The translations under genes were made by a program, and so were the position numbers. The notes beneath the pieces are model-generated. The model did not search any database. It was not told the origin of the DNA and saw nothing but the letters and a program-made list of their open reading frames with translations. A DNA stretch of 64,000 nucleotides from positions 23,356 to 87,355 of the forward strand of contig CBDFFH010000025.1 in NCBI GenBank assembly GCA_965246715.1, read 5' to 3'. Every line of letters begins with the position of its first letter. Position 1 is the first letter of the stretch. Of the stretch, positions 21,077 through 32,351 are shown piece by piece. This DNA is from Chamaesiphon sp. GTDB lineage: Bacteria; Cyanobacteriota; Cyanobacteriia; Cyanobacteriales; Chamaesiphonaceae.

Positions 21077-21410
21077 AAATATATTTTTCAACCTCTAGTT
21101 AGTAGATAAAATAATAGAGCTTTACTAACTGAATCGATCGCTGGTAGTTCATGCTCAACAATTGCCGTTCCAATTGCTACAAAGTGAGTTAGCAGATCGC
21201 GAAATGGGCCAGCATTGGCAAAAATATTCTAAATTGACTGTCCGACAACACTCAGATAGCGATCGACCGCTTGATTCGATCGCAAAATTAGCATAACTCT
21301 CGAATTGTTGTTTTGCATCATTCACAATGAATTTTAGCTCTCGTCCCAAGTGACAAGACTTACCAAAAATAACTATTCTCTATGTTCGCTATTCTTCAAA
21401 TTAACCTAGC

Positions 21411-21878
21411 ATGTTAAAAGCGATCGCTATTAATAAATTGACTGCTATTTTTATTGTCTATGCTGGGTTGAGTTTAATTATTCATCTATGGTCGGCATTT
21501 ACATCGATGGCGTGGATAATTTATATATTTACCCTAGCTCCATTTTATGGCTTTTGCTCGCTCTGGCTGGTCTCAATTATCCTCAATCGCTCGAAAACAC
21601 AGTCGATCGTCATCAAATATCGAGTATGGCTATTGCTACCGATCGTGATGCTTCAAGCTTTAGTTATCCTGTGCAGTCCAGCTAGTTGTTACGGATGGCA
21701 TCAGGGAGCTACTTGTTACTCTTTTATCCAAATGTATGCAGATAAGTTATTTGTGTTCGGAGAAATGTTAGACCGCCCACATTGGCAAATTGAATCGATG
21801 TTTATCCCTGTATTATTTATATACATGCTATCGATTATTTATTTTTGGCTGAAGTGTCAGAGTGAGAATGCTCGGTGA
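21411..21878 (+). CDS. Hypothetical membrane protein
   Basis: Four hydrophobic segments, SPASCYGWHQGATCYSF Cys-pair loop. Confidence 0.7.
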   Translation: MLKAIAINKLTAIFIVYAGLSLIIHLWSAFTSMAWIIYIFTLAPFYGFCSLWLVSIILNRSKTQSIVIKYRVWLLLPIVMLQALVILCSPASCYGWHQGATCYSFIQMYADKLFVFGEMLDRPHWQIESMFIPVLFIYMLSIIYFWLKCQSENAR

Positions 21879-21884
21879 GTGAAA

Positions 21885-22295
21885 TCACTCTAAATATGTG
21901 TACTTAATTGTCTCGATGATTACACTATTCGCACCTGGAAATTCATAATTATCGAGTTCGGCTACTTCCACCCACTTGACTTCATCACACTCGATCGGTT
22001 GGGGAATACCACTGAGATGCTGACAATTATGTACGATTAGGGTCAAGGAAAAATCTGGATAAGTATGGTCGATCGAAATCATATGCCCTCCTACAGCAAT
22101 CTCGATCCCCAACTCTTCGCGAACCTCCCGGAGGATGCATTCCGCAACCGTTTCACCTGCTTCGATTTTACCGCCAGGAAACTCCCACAGCCCGCCCATC
22201 GAGCCACTCATCTTCCGCTTATCGATCAAAATTTGGGCGGATTCATTCCAGATGACCGCGACACCGATTTGTTTGTGGGGTAAGATTGTAGTCAA
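21885..22295 (-). CDS. mutT: 8-oxo-dGTP diphosphatase MutT (Nudix)
   Basis: WEFPGGKIEAGETVAECILREVREELG Nudix box; FPGAN. Confidence 0.88.
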   Translation of the reverse strand: MTTILPHKQIGVAVIWNESAQILIDKRKMSGSMGGLWEFPGGKIEAGETVAECILREVREELGIEIAVGGHMISIDHTYPDFSLTLIVHNCQHLSGIPQPIECDEVKWVEVAELDNYEFPGANSVIIETIKYTYLE

Positions 22296-22392
22296 AATTT
22301 ATCGTGGATAGTCGATCGTAAGTTATAACTTTGTCTGTTTGCGGCTGCTCATAGACCTATAAAAAAGTCCGCTCGTGCGGACTAGATTGAGA

Positions 22393-23352
22393 CTATGAAG
22401 CTAAGTATTCGCCAATATCAGCTTTGCGTTTGCGGAGTTTAGCGATTGCTTCGCGCTCGATTTGACGGACACGCTCGCGGCTGATATTGAGCAAATCGCC
22501 GATCTTGGCGAGTGTCAGCGGCTGAGTATCCTTCAATCCAAAGCGGAGTGTCAGTACTTGTTGCTGTTGAGGGGTTAATTCGGACATCATCCGCTCCAAG
22601 TCATTTTGCAGGGAAGAGTTAGTTACATATTCCTCTGGCGAGATCCCAGGATCTTCGAGCAGATCGCCCAACTCGGTGTCTTGATTGTCACCGACACGTA
22701 GATCTAGGGACAGCGGCTGACGCGCGCGTTCTAGATACTCACGGACTTGTTTGGGAGTTAATTCTAGCTCGGCAGCTAGCTCATTAATCGTTGCCGCGCG
22801 GCCAAATTGTTGAGCCAGAGCGCGTTGTGCTTTCTTGATCTTGTTGAGCTTTTCAGTAATGTGGATCGGAAGTCGAATCGCCCGTGCCTTCTCCGCGATC
22901 GCACGGGTAATCGCTTGGCGAATCCACCAGTAAGCGTAGGTAGAGAAACGGTAGCCCTTGCTGGGGTCGAATTTTTCAACGCCACGTTGCATTCCGATCG
23001 TGCCTTCTTGAATCAGATCTAAGAGGTCGATATTGCGTTTGATGTATTTCTTGGCGACAGAAACTACCAACCGCAGATTGGCTTCAACCATCCGTCGCTT
23101 GGCATTTTCGCCAGCAGAGATGATTTTTTGGAGTTGGATTGGATCGACATCGTTTGCAGCAGTCGCCCATTCAGTCAAACTTGGTTCGCGACCGAGTTCT
23201 TCTGTAAGAGTGTTTTTGACTGCTACTAAAGCAACCAACTGCTGTACCTGCTTTCCATACAGGATTTCCTGTTCGTGAGTGAGCAGGGGCACACGCCCGA
23301 TTTCACGGAGGTAGGTACGGACAGTATCGGTTGATGCTTGAGCAGTTTTCAT
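22393..23352 (-). CDS. sigD: Group 2 RNA polymerase sigma factor, SigD-like
   Basis: [59 protein letters not shown]; short N-terminus; ATG 23352. Confidence 0.85.
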   Translation of the reverse strand: MKTAQASTDTVRTYLREIGRVPLLTHEQEILYGKQVQQLVALVAVKNTLTEELGREPSLTEWATAANDVDPIQLQKIISAGENAKRRMVEANLRLVVSVAKKYIKRNIDLLDLIQEGTIGMQRGVEKFDPSKGYRFSTYAYWWIRQAITRAIAEKARAIRLPIHITEKLNKIKKAQRALAQQFGRAATINELAAELELTPKQVREYLERARQPLSLDLRVGDNQDTELGDLLEDPGISPEEYVTNSSLQNDLERMMSELTPQQQQVLTLRFGLKDTQPLTLAKIGDLLNISRERVRQIEREAIAKLRKRKADIGEYLAS

Positions 23353-23744
23353 GACTCTGGCTAAAATGTAGGGGTAATTTAGATGCAAAATCTCGTTCGA
23401 GCAGCGTCTCCAATGCAGGATCGCAGAAATTACTCTACTAAATACAGTCGATCGCCGATCTGCGATGACTGTTGCATTGGGGCGATCGACAGTGCTTAGT
23501 TCTTAAGTTTGTCTATGACGTTTATTCTAATAATCTTAACATTTCTAAACATTCACTGACTATATTTTTCGATCCTCAGCCAATTGGCTGAGAGTAAGGA
23601 TTCTGATAGTATTGAGATTGTACCAGATCGGTATTTACACCCACATCGGTACAAATAACCGCACAAATTGATGAGGGTTTACTTGCATAATAGTTAAAAT
23701 TTATTTACACAGCCGCGATCTACAACACAATTTAGGAGCTATTC

Positions 23745-24353
23745 TTGGAATCTATGCAGACACTTTGGCTGGTTCGTCACGCCCACAGATTGGACTTTAT
23801 CGAGCCAGACTGGTTTGAAACTGCAATTTATCCATACGATCCGCCACTTTCAGTGGCGGGAGTCGAGCGATCGATTGCTTTGGCTCATGAATTGAGTCGA
23901 GCGCCAATCGAGGCAATCTTCACCTCTCCGTTCCTGCGGACGATCCAGACGGTAGATCCCTTAGCTCGCATACTTGGGTTACCCATTCGGTTGGAATGGG
24001 GCTTATGTGAATGGTTATGTCGTGACTGGACACCAGCATTGCCGAAAACTATGGCGATCGATGAATTAAAACTGGACTATCCAAACATCGATCTCACTTA
24101 TCAATCTCTAGTTGTACCTTGCTACCCTGAAACTCCTGAGGAACTAGATGCACGTTTAATTATTATAGCAGATAAATTAGTACAAAACAATTGTCAAAAT
24201 ATTTTGGCGATCGCTCATAAAGGTTCTGTACTGGGGATTGTAGCCGCTTTGACTGGTGACGCTCGCTGGCGGGCTTACGATCTTGCTTGTGGTGAGGTAA
24301 TTAAATTAGTTCGGTTGGAAAATAAATGGCATTCAGATATCGTCGATCGGTAA
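23745..24353 (+). CDS. Histidine phosphatase (phosphoglycerate mutase) family protein
   Basis: WLVRHAHR, DPPLS, TSPFLRTIQT, AH motifs. Confidence 0.88.
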   Translation: MESMQTLWLVRHAHRLDFIEPDWFETAIYPYDPPLSVAGVERSIALAHELSRAPIEAIFTSPFLRTIQTVDPLARILGLPIRLEWGLCEWLCRDWTPALPKTMAIDELKLDYPNIDLTYQSLVVPCYPETPEELDARLIIIADKLVQNNCQNILAIAHKGSVLGIVAALTGDARWRAYDLACGEVIKLVRLENKWHSDIVDR

Positions 24354-24923
24354 TCCGTGGCGGAGTGCAGATAATCTTGCCTGTGCTTTAGGATCCAGTG
24401 AGTTAAACAGGAAACGTCCTGATGATTGCTTTTGCGGACGATGCCGTCGCTGCGATCGTTTGGCACTAAAATCGACATCCGAAATCAGTTGGAGCGAGGA
24501 GATCCATTCAGCCCCAAACCCGATCGCTGTCAGTTGTTGAGCGCGATCGGATGTAGCAACGATCAGTCTCGAAGCTGAATAGTTTAAGTCATGGCGAAAG
24601 GCAGCACAGAACTTTTCGATATATGTATCGGCAGTTTCGAGGAAGTCAGTGTAGTGAACCGATAAGTTCGGAGTAACTGCTTCGCAGTAGGCTGGTAAGT
24701 CTCGACTATAGGCATCAAAGACCACCTTAGTCTCATAATCTTCAAAGGCGCTAAAGTTAATCAGCGCTTCGATTAGTGCCGATCGAGCTGATTCTAATTC
24801 TTCGGCGGAACTGGACTGAAGTGGGTTGCGTTTCTTGTGAGCGCGATCGTGTAAGTCTGTCCAGGCTCCAATCACGTTGTAGCCGTCAACGAGCAACACT
24901 GCTTGTTTACGTGAGGGAGGCAT
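24333..24923 (-). CDS. NYN domain RNase, YacP/Rae1 family
   Basis: LLVDGYNVIGAW, VVFDA, ETADTYIE, VATSD. Confidence 0.9.
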   Translation of the reverse strand: MPPSRKQAVLLVDGYNVIGAWTDLHDRAHKKRNPLQSSSAEELESARSALIEALINFSAFEDYETKVVFDAYSRDLPAYCEAVTPNLSVHYTDFLETADTYIEKFCAAFRHDLNYSASRLIVATSDRAQQLTAIGFGAEWISSLQLISDVDFSAKRSQRRHRPQKQSSGRFLFNSLDPKAQARLSALRHGLPIDDI

Positions 24924-25202
24924 GATTTAACTCACAAGTTTCTTAACAAAATTTGATATTATTCACCTTTAGCTTAACAAATTGTGAGTAAAGTTGGTAG
25001 GGTCAGGGATAAAGGGCAAAGGGTAATCGAACCTGAGTTTGGGATAAGAGGAGCCTGGAGACTGAAGTCTCGATCGAGCAAACCCCATCATCTTTCGTTC
25101 GCGGAGCGTCCAATTGGCGGAATCGAGTATTCAATTTCAGCAGATCGATCGTCACTACAACGATCGATTAAAATTTAATTTAAGTATCGAGAAAATGAGC
25201 TT

Positions 25203-25337
25203 GTGAAGAAAACGCCAGTCGATCTGTATCGCATGGGAAATGCGATCTCTTCTAGAATGGATAATATCCGATCCAAGGATATCGATATGTATGAAGCTGA
25301 GGGGAAGATGTGGGTAGCTGCAAACTCAGGAGGCATT
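25203..25337 (+). pseudogene. Truncated N-terminus of a putative Tse2-like (ADP-ribosyltransferase fold) protein, cut by an IS5 end
   Basis: PVDLYRMGNA..RMDNIR.KDID....WV.ANSGGI then abrupt switch to IS terminal repeat; family call from memory of motif only. Confidence 0.45.
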
Positions 25338-25387
25338 TATAGAATCCATTTGAGATCTTTTAAGCGATCGGGTAGAATCGATTAAAA
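25338..25387 (+). mobile_element. Isolated left end of the same IS5 element as 16540-16748
   Basis: tatagaatccatttgagatcttttaagcgatcgggtagaatcgattaaaa matches 16540-16589 with one mismatch. Confidence 0.85.
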
Positions 25388-25514
25388 AATGATTATGGAA
25401 ATCATTGATTATGGGAGCCGAGCTATCCGATCGATATTCTTCTGTCCAGCGATCGCTTGTGTCGATAGTATCAGCATTTTGCAATTCTGCCAAAAGACGA
25501 GCCGCGATCGCATC

Positions 25515-26165
25515 GTAACGACTCAATAAAAGCTGGTAAAGCAGGAGGTTGCCAAAAGAGCAAAAATCTGGTTTAACAAAGAGATGAGCAGAAACAGCGA
25601 TACTAGTCCAGCCAAAGCAAACACACCAGAGTCGGAGGTCGAAGGTTTGCGGCGACTAGTGGAGGAACAGCGAAAACTCATAGAAAAACTGGCGTTGCTG
25701 AATATGGGTATGATTTGTTGTCGGGGTACCCACAAGGGGCACCCCGACAAAAATTGTTTGTGCGTTTCATACATTAATTCAGCAACGCCGAAAAACTATT
25801 CAAGCAACTGGAAAATCCGAAAGAAAGAATCGAACAGCTAGAAGCAGAATTGAGGGCAAAAAAGAAACTAAAAGGAAAGCCCAGACTAATTGCCAGTCTG
25901 TTGAACCAGCCCGAACAGAAAGAGCCAAATTCAGAAAAAAGAGCAGCTTGGGCCAAAAATAGTAAAAAATCTAACTTTGAGATCGACGAAGAAATATCCA
26001 TCCAGCCCGACAGCATACCCCCCAAAGCGAAATTCAATGGCTATCGAAACTATGATGTACAAGAGCTAATAATCAAGCGGCATAACATCCGATTTCAGCT
26101 AGCAGAATACATCACAGAAGAGGGGAAAACAATAGTAGGAGAGCTACCGACAGAATATCAAGGAA
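25515..26165 (+). mobile_element. Truncated IS66-like element/transposase pseudogene interrupted by a MITE
   Basis: GTAA-type end (gtaacgactca), coiled-coil N-terminus, FNGYRNYDVQELIIKRHNIRFQL; frame restored on removing 25691-25789 plus one TSD copy. Confidence 0.65.
25691..25789. mobile_element. 99-bp MITE with 8-bp TSD carrying a REP-like hairpin
   Basis: TIR GGCGTTGCTGAAT/ATTCAGCAACGCC; direct repeat GAAAAACT at 25683-25690 and 25790-25797; internal gtcggggtacccacaaggggcaccccgac. Confidence 0.9.
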
Positions 26166-26203
26166 TAGTTGGAGTAGTAATAGTCTATGGCTAACAGCTC
26201 AAA

Positions 26204-27679
26204 ATGACAATCTCAACTGAGTTAACCCAACACCAAACCCCGCTTGTCAATGCTCTTCAAGAGTGGGTAAATAAATCTCACGCACCGTTTTATACGCCAG
26301 GACACAAGCGGGGTCAAGGGATGAATTTATTACTAAAACAGCAGTGGGGGAATGACATTTTTGGTTGGGATTTGCCAGAATTACCAGGATTGGATAATCT
26401 CCATGCGCCAGATGGCGTTATCGTTGAGGCCCAAGAGTTAGCCGCGATTGCTTTTGGTGCAACGCAAACGTGGTTTTTAACGAACGGTTCGACAGTAGGT
26501 GTAATTGCGGCAATTTTGGCTACTTGTGGGGAAGGTGAGAAGATTATTTTGCCGCGTAATATTCATTCTTCGGCGATCGCTGGCATCATTCATGCTGGGG
26601 CGATCCCGATTTTTCTTACACCAGAGTACGATCCGGCACTAGATTTGGCACATGGGATCGCTCCAGCGGCAGTTAAATTCGCCCTAGAGCAACATCCAGA
26701 TGCTAAAGCGGTAATGTTGGTGTATCCAACTTATTATGGCGCTTGCGGCGATTTAACAGCGATCGCGGAGATCGTTCACAGTTACGATCTTCCCTTATTG
26801 GTAGATGAGGCTCATGGTGCGCATTTTGGCTTTCATCCCGATTTGCCGCCAGCAGCGTTGACTGCTGGCGCGGATCTCGCCGTGCAATCGACGCATAAGT
26901 TATTGGGTTCGCTAACGCAATCGGCAATGTTGCATGTAAATAGCGATCGGTTAAACCCGAAACGGATCGCTCAGGCGTTACGATCGATCCAATCGACTAG
27001 TCCCAGTTATTTACTATTAGCTTCACTGGATGCCGCTCGCCACCAGATGGCACTACATGGGCAAAAATTGATGGAGGAGACGATCGCATTAGCCAAGATT
27101 GCCAGATTGGAAATCGCGCAGATCGATGGACTCTCGGTACTCGAATTCACGCAGCCAACGCCAGGATTTACATATCTCGATCCGACGCGGTTGACTGTTA
27201 CGGTGACGGATCTCAATCTCACTGGATTTGCGGTGGATGAGATTTTAACCACTGAGTTGGGCATCGTCGCCGAATTGCCCTCGCGTCAACATTTGACATT
27301 TATTATTAGTTTGGGGAATACGCGTGCGGATGTCGATCGATTGGTCGCTGGATTTAGGAAATTCGCCACAACTTATCGTCAGGAGTTACCGTTACAATTA
27401 CCGCAGATTCAACCGCCAAGTCGGATTTTAACAGCAATGGCGATTTCGCCGCGCTGCGCGAGTCGAGCGTTGCATGTGAGTGTAGCTAGCGATAACGCGA
27501 TCGGTAAAATTAGTGCCGAATCCATTTGTCCCTACCCACCAGGAATTCCCGTCATCATTCCTGGTGAAATTATTACCACCGATGCGCTAGAATACTTGCG
27601 ACAGATCCTCGAACTTGGTGGCGAACTCGTCGGGTGTAGCGATCCGAATTTAGACACGATCGAGATCGTAGATCTTTAA
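26204..27679 (+). CDS. Orn/Lys/Arg decarboxylase (PLP fold type I)
   Basis: FYTPGHKRG, FLTNGST, PRNIHSS, LVDEAHGAH, VQSTHK (PLP Lys), STSPSY, PYPPGIP. Confidence 0.92.
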   Translation: MTISTELTQHQTPLVNALQEWVNKSHAPFYTPGHKRGQGMNLLLKQQWGNDIFGWDLPELPGLDNLHAPDGVIVEAQELAAIAFGATQTWFLTNGSTVGVIAAILATCGEGEKIILPRNIHSSAIAGIIHAGAIPIFLTPEYDPALDLAHGIAPAAVKFALEQHPDAKAVMLVYPTYYGACGDLTAIAEIVHSYDLPLLVDEAHGAHFGFHPDLPPAALTAGADLAVQSTHKLLGSLTQSAMLHVNSDRLNPKRIAQALRSIQSTSPSYLLLASLDAARHQMALHGQKLMEETIALAKIARLEIAQIDGLSVLEFTQPTPGFTYLDPTRLTVTVTDLNLTGFAVDEILTTELGIVAELPSRQHLTFIISLGNTRADVDRLVAGFRKFATTYRQELPLQLPQIQPPSRILTAMAISPRCASRALHVSVASDNAIGKISAESICPYPPGIPVIIPGEIITTDALEYLRQILELGGELVGCSDPNLDTIEIVDL

Positions 27680-27867
27680 AGAATTATGAATTGTAAATTA
27701 TGAATTAGGCTCAGGTAAGATTTTTAGCGCACTCGATCGGTGATAGTTAGTGTCGCTGCTCGCGTAAATATCAACGCACATTAATTAGGTATTTGGTAAA
27801 TATCGATCTATTGTGGAGTAATAGATCGATTGCTGTCCGACCCGTTTTATACCCTGACTGCTAGATT

Positions 27868-28467
27868 ATGTCCGAACTGTGGAAATATGTATCGCCAGGG
27901 ATTCCAGATCGATTATTTGAAAGATTGCCGGGGATTCCGATGAGTCAACGCGAAATCAGATTATTGCTGATTTCTGCTTTGAGATTGGAGGCAAATTCCG
28001 TCGTTTGGGATATCGGTGCGGGTACGGGGACGATTCCGGTAGAAATTGGGTTACTATGCCCTGAAGGTCGAATTATCGCGATCGAGCGCGATGAGGAAGT
28101 AGCAAATCTAATTCAGCTTAACTGCGATCGGTTTGAAGTAACCAACGTCCAAATTGTCATCGGTAGCGCGCCCCAATGTCTCAAACAAATTACCACTCAA
28201 CCGCAACGCGTCTGTATCGAGGGTGGTACGGCGATTAAATCTATTTTGCAGCAAGTTTGGGCATACTTACCAATGACGGGGCGAATCGTCGTCACCGCAG
28301 ATAGTCTCGAAGCTCTCTACGAAGTTTCGGAAAGTTTTACCCAGCTCCGCGCACGTAATGTCGAAGTCGTCCAAGCCGCAGTCAATCGTTTAGAAACTAG
28401 AGGCAATAGTCGGCGTTTTGCGGCTGTCGATCCGATGTTTATTTTGAGCGCGGAGAAGTTGGAGTAA
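27868..28467 (+). CDS. cbiT: Precorrin-6Y/6B C15-methyltransferase (decarboxylating)
   Basis: PGIPDRLFERLPGIPMSQREIR, WDIGAGTG SAM motif. Confidence 0.9.
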   Translation: MSELWKYVSPGIPDRLFERLPGIPMSQREIRLLLISALRLEANSVVWDIGAGTGTIPVEIGLLCPEGRIIAIERDEEVANLIQLNCDRFEVTNVQIVIGSAPQCLKQITTQPQRVCIEGGTAIKSILQQVWAYLPMTGRIVVTADSLEALYEVSESFTQLRARNVEVVQAAVNRLETRGNSRRFAAVDPMFILSAEKLE

Positions 28468-28602
28468 AGTGAATAGTGGCTAGTGGCTAGTGAATAGATG
28501 GTGAAGAAAGATTGTAGTTGTCTTCATTTGTCCTTGCCCACGCTCCTGAAAGTGCTACAATCCACTCCCCCATTCCCCATTTACCCATTTACCGATCTAA
28601 AA

Positions 28603-29481
28603 ATGTCTTCAACCCGCGTCATCAGTACCATAGTAGCGATCGCAGTAGCTCTATGTATGTTAATCCTGGGTGGTTGGTACTTTACGATCGGGATGTGCCT
28701 GATTGTTTACTTAGGACAAAAAGAGTATTTTCAATTAGTCCGAGCGAAGGGGATCGAGCCAGCTAGTAAAACCACATTGATTGCTAGCCAAGTCTTATTG
28801 CTAGTCAGTGCATTTGCTCCAGAAGTGGACAATGCACTCTTTCCGATCGTGGGCACGGCGATTTGCTTTTACTTGCTGTTTTTGCCTAAAATAGCCTCGA
28901 TCGCGGATATCTCGACATCGATCTTCGGGCTATTTTATGGGGGCTATCTACCCAGCTACTGGATTCGGCTCCGAGTCGGATTGGACTTAGATTCGAGTGC
29001 GGCAATTGCTTTCCCGTTTCATACCGATTGGGCGGGTGTCTGGAAAAGTTTCGATTTGAGCTTACTGCCACGCTCGTTTACGCTGACATTACTTTCATTT
29101 ATGTGTATTATGGCAGCCGATATCGGTGCCTATCTGTTTGGTAAGTGGCTGGGACGCACGCGACTGTCAGAGATCAGCCCCAAAAAAACCGTGGAAGGAG
29201 CGATGTTTGGCATTTTGGGTAGCCTGCTCGTTGGTGTGCTTGGCGGTTGGGCACTAAGCTGGCACAATGCTTTTGTCGGGGGTGTGGCGTTGGGAAGTTT
29301 GATCGGTATGACGAGTTTATTAGGCGATTTGACTGAATCTTTACTCAAGCGGGATGCTGGGGTTAAAGATTCGGGCGAATTAATCCCCGGTCATGGTGGG
29401 ATCCTCGATCGTACCGATAGTTATATTTTTACTGCGCCGCTAGTTTATTATTTTTTCACGCTGATTCTACCGCTGATTTAG
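28603..29481 (+). CDS. cdsA: Phosphatidate cytidylyltransferase
   Basis: ADIGAYLFG, ISPKKTVEG, GDLTESLLKRDAGVKDSGELIPGHGGILDRTDS; ATG 28603 (track start 28498). Confidence 0.95.
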   Translation: MSSTRVISTIVAIAVALCMLILGGWYFTIGMCLIVYLGQKEYFQLVRAKGIEPASKTTLIASQVLLLVSAFAPEVDNALFPIVGTAICFYLLFLPKIASIADISTSIFGLFYGGYLPSYWIRLRVGLDLDSSAAIAFPFHTDWAGVWKSFDLSLLPRSFTLTLLSFMCIMAADIGAYLFGKWLGRTRLSEISPKKTVEGAMFGILGSLLVGVLGGWALSWHNAFVGGVALGSLIGMTSLLGDLTESLLKRDAGVKDSGELIPGHGGILDRTDSYIFTAPLVYYFFTLILPLI

Positions 29482-29544
29482 AATTGTCGAGACCACTAAA
29501 ATTGAGGTAGGCGTGCCCCTAGTTTACTCCCCTCAGCTCTTCGG

Positions 29545-29837
29545 CTACCGTGGATACACAAGTTTGTTAGAGTTGCTGCGTAGACAAGACAGGGGAGGGA
29601 GCTAAAGCCCCCCTTTCTAAGGCAGGGTGGTTTCATACAAGAAAATAAAAATGCAAGAACCTTGGTGCTCAGTCTTCAACCGCCCTGAAATGAATTTCGG
29701 GCTAAGAGCAAAAGTCCACTGCAGTGGACTGAGCGATTTTTCTTTCGGTGTATGAAACCACCCTGCCTTTCTAAGGGGGGTTGGGGGGGGTAAACCAACC
29801 TAAAACGAAGCCCAGCCGACTTGTGTATCCACAGTAG
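29545..29837. mobile_element. Outer MITE (293 bp) with 11-bp TSD
   Basis: TIR CTACCGTGGATACACAAGT / ACTTGTGTATCCACAGTAG (1 mismatch); direct repeat CAGCTCTTCGG at 29534-29544 and 29838-29848. Confidence 0.88.
29623..29765. mobile_element. Inner MITE (143 bp) with CAGGG ends, ISAs1-derived
   Basis: TIR CAGGGTGGTTTCATACA / TGTATGAAACCACCCTG; flanking direct repeat CCTTTCTAAGG; same ends bound the ISAs1 remnant at 47386-48309. Confidence 0.88.
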
Positions 29838-29888
29838 CAGCTCTTCGGAGAAGTGCTGGGGGAGTGGTTGACGAGACTAAATCGGTTC

Positions 29889-32351
29889 TTAAAACGGCCA
29901 CTTCCAATTCACCGACTCAGGTTTGTCGATGCCGTACGTGCGGGCGTGGTTGAGACATTCGATCTTCATGTTTTTGAGGTGCTCCCGCAGATGTGCGCCG
30001 ATAGCTTGCAACTTGGGTACTCGATCGATTGCATCTATTGCCAGACTATAGCGATCGATCTCATTGAGGATCGCCAACTCCAACTGCGTGTTGATATTGC
30101 CTTTTTCCTTATAGCCGCGCACATGGAGATTGTCATGATTGGTGCGGCGATAAGTGAGTCGGTGGATCAGCCAGGGGTAGCCGTGGAAGTTAAAGATAAT
30201 CGGTCGATCGATTGTAAATAACGAGTCAAAATCTTTGGCATTCAAACCGTGAGGATGTTCGGTATTTGGCTGGAGCTTGAATAGATCGACGACATTAATA
30301 AATCGCACCTTAAGATCGGGGAAATGTTCGCGCAGGATCGCCGTAGCCGCCAGCGATTCCAATGTCGGAACATCGCCCGCACACGCCATCACTAAATCGG
30401 GGACTTCGCCACGATCGGTACTCGCCCATTCCCAAATCCCCAAACCCTTAGTACAGTGGACGATCGCGGCTTCTCGATCGAGATATTGCAAGTGCATTTG
30501 CTTGTCTGCCACGATCGCATTGACATTATCGCTACTCTGCAAGCAATGGTCGGCAACGGAAAGTAAGCAATTGATATCTGGCGGCAGATAAATCCGTGTC
30601 ACTTTTGGATCTTTATTCACCAATATATCCAAAAAGCCAGGATCTTGATGGGTAAAACCATTATGTTCTTGTCGCCAGACGGTAGAAGTAATCAGAAAAT
30701 TTAGCGAAGAGATCGACGCTCGCCACGGGATCCGATTGCAAGTTTCCAACCATTTGCAATGCTGGTTGACCATCGAATCGATGATATGGATAAAGGCTTC
30801 ATAAGTCGAGAAGAACCCATGTCGACCGCTCAATAAATAGCCCTCTAGCCAGCCTTCTAAGGTGTGTTCGCTGAGGATTTCCATCACACGACCATCATTT
30901 GCCAATTCACCACCATCAAGGTCTTCTGGCAGGAACTTGGCAATCCAGAATTTCTTACTCGCTTCGTAAATTGCCGTAAGTTTATTGGAGGTATTTTCAT
31001 CGGGACTAAATACCCGAAAATTATGGGGATTATCACTAATGATATCGCGCAAAAATACGCCTAGTGGATAGGTATTTCCGGCTTCGATTCGGCCGGGATG
31101 GGGTACCTCGATCCCGTAGTTCCGAAAGTCTGGCAGCTTGAGTTTCTGGCGCAAGAGACCACCATTAGCGTGAGGATTGGCGCTCATCCGGCGCATTCCG
31201 GTGGGCGCGAGTGCTTGTAATTCGGGGATGAGCTTACCACTTTCGTCAAATAATTCTTCTGGTTTGTAGCTGCGCATCCAATTTTCGAGAATGTGTAGAT
31301 GCTCGGGATTCTCCTTAATTTGACCGATCGGTATTTGATGCGATCGCCAGAATCCTTCCACTTTATGTCCATCGACTTCTTTGGGGCAAGTCCAGCCTTT
31401 GGGCGATCGCAAAATTATCATCGGCCAATACGGACGCTCGGCAACCTCACAACTGCGGGCTATTTGCTGGATGTTCCGAATTTCCTGCACGCAGTGGTCT
31501 AAAGTCGCAGCCATCGCTTGATGCATCGATTGCGGGTCGTCACCTTCGATAAAATATGGCGTATAGCCATACCCTCGGAACAGATGTTCGAGTTCCTCGT
31601 GGGTGACGCGCGACAACACCGTCGGGTTATCGATCTTGTAGCCATTAAGGTGCAAGATCGGCAGTACCGCACCATCCCGAATCGGATTGACAAACTTACT
31701 CGAATGCCAAGCTGTGGCCATCGGCCCGGTTTCGGCTTCACCATCGCCGACGACCGCGATCGAAATTAGGTCGGGATTGTCAAAGATCGCTCCATAAGCG
31801 TGAGAGAGCGCATAACCCAGCTCGCCGCCTTCATGGATCGAGCCTGGTAGTTCGGAAGTACAGTGGCTGCCAATACCACCTGGAAACGAAAAATGTTGAA
31901 AAAATTTCTTTAAACCCGCTTCATCCTGACTTTTATCGGTGTAAACCTCACTATAAGTTCCTTCCAAATAAACGGGGCCGAGTACGCCGGGAGCGCCATG
32001 CCCTGGCCCTGCGATAAAGATCGCATTTAAGTCTAGTTTTTTTATCAGGCGGTTGACATGAATGTACATAAACGCTAAACCAGGACTCGATCCCCAGTGA
32101 CCCAAGAGGCGATTCTTGATATGCTCTGGTTGCAGCGGCGATCTTAATAGCGGGTTGTCAGATAAGTAAATCATTCCGACAGCAATGTAGCAACAAGCCC
32201 GCCAATAAGCATCTATTTTGCGAAGTTCTTCTGAATCTAGTGGCTGACCTGTGATGGTGGCGCGTGCTCGTCCATAAGCACTCGTCGAGTTTACGTCAGA
32301 GGGATCGCTCGCCATCTCCTGAGGTCGGGAATTTACCAACATAAGCTTCAC
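29889..32351 (-). CDS. xfp: Phosphoketolase (xylulose-5-P/fructose-6-P)
   Basis: [47 protein letters not shown]; start may be downstream (about 32315). Confidence 0.96.
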   Translation of the reverse strand: MKLMLVNSRPQEMASDPSDVNSTSAYGRARATITGQPLDSEELRKIDAYWRACCYIAVGMIYLSDNPLLRSPLQPEHIKNRLLGHWGSSPGLAFMYIHVNRLIKKLDLNAIFIAGPGHGAPGVLGPVYLEGTYSEVYTDKSQDEAGLKKFFQHFSFPGGIGSHCTSELPGSIHEGGELGYALSHAYGAIFDNPDLISIAVVGDGEAETGPMATAWHSSKFVNPIRDGAVLPILHLNGYKIDNPTVLSRVTHEELEHLFRGYGYTPYFIEGDDPQSMHQAMAATLDHCVQEIRNIQQIARSCEVAERPYWPMIILRSPKGWTCPKEVDGHKVEGFWRSHQIPIGQIKENPEHLHILENWMRSYKPEELFDESGKLIPELQALAPTGMRRMSANPHANGGLLRQKLKLPDFRNYGIEVPHPGRIEAGNTYPLGVFLRDIISDNPHNFRVFSPDENTSNKLTAIYEASKKFWIAKFLPEDLDGGELANDGRVMEILSEHTLEGWLEGYLLSGRHGFFSTYEAFIHIIDSMVNQHCKWLETCNRIPWRASISSLNFLITSTVWRQEHNGFTHQDPGFLDILVNKDPKVTRIYLPPDINCLLSVADHCLQSSDNVNAIVADKQMHLQYLDREAAIVHCTKGLGIWEWASTDRGEVPDLVMACAGDVPTLESLAATAILREHFPDLKVRFINVVDLFKLQPNTEHPHGLNAKDFDSLFTIDRPIIFNFHGYPWLIHRLTYRRTNHDNLHVRGYKEKGNINTQLELAILNEIDRYSLAIDAIDRVPKLQAIGAHLREHLKNMKIECLNHARTYGIDKPESVNWKWPF

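Noticed and set aside
21155..21349. 64-aa minus-strand ORF after the nuclease
   Set aside because: Non-ATG start, no motif; cannot support a third component of the R-M module.
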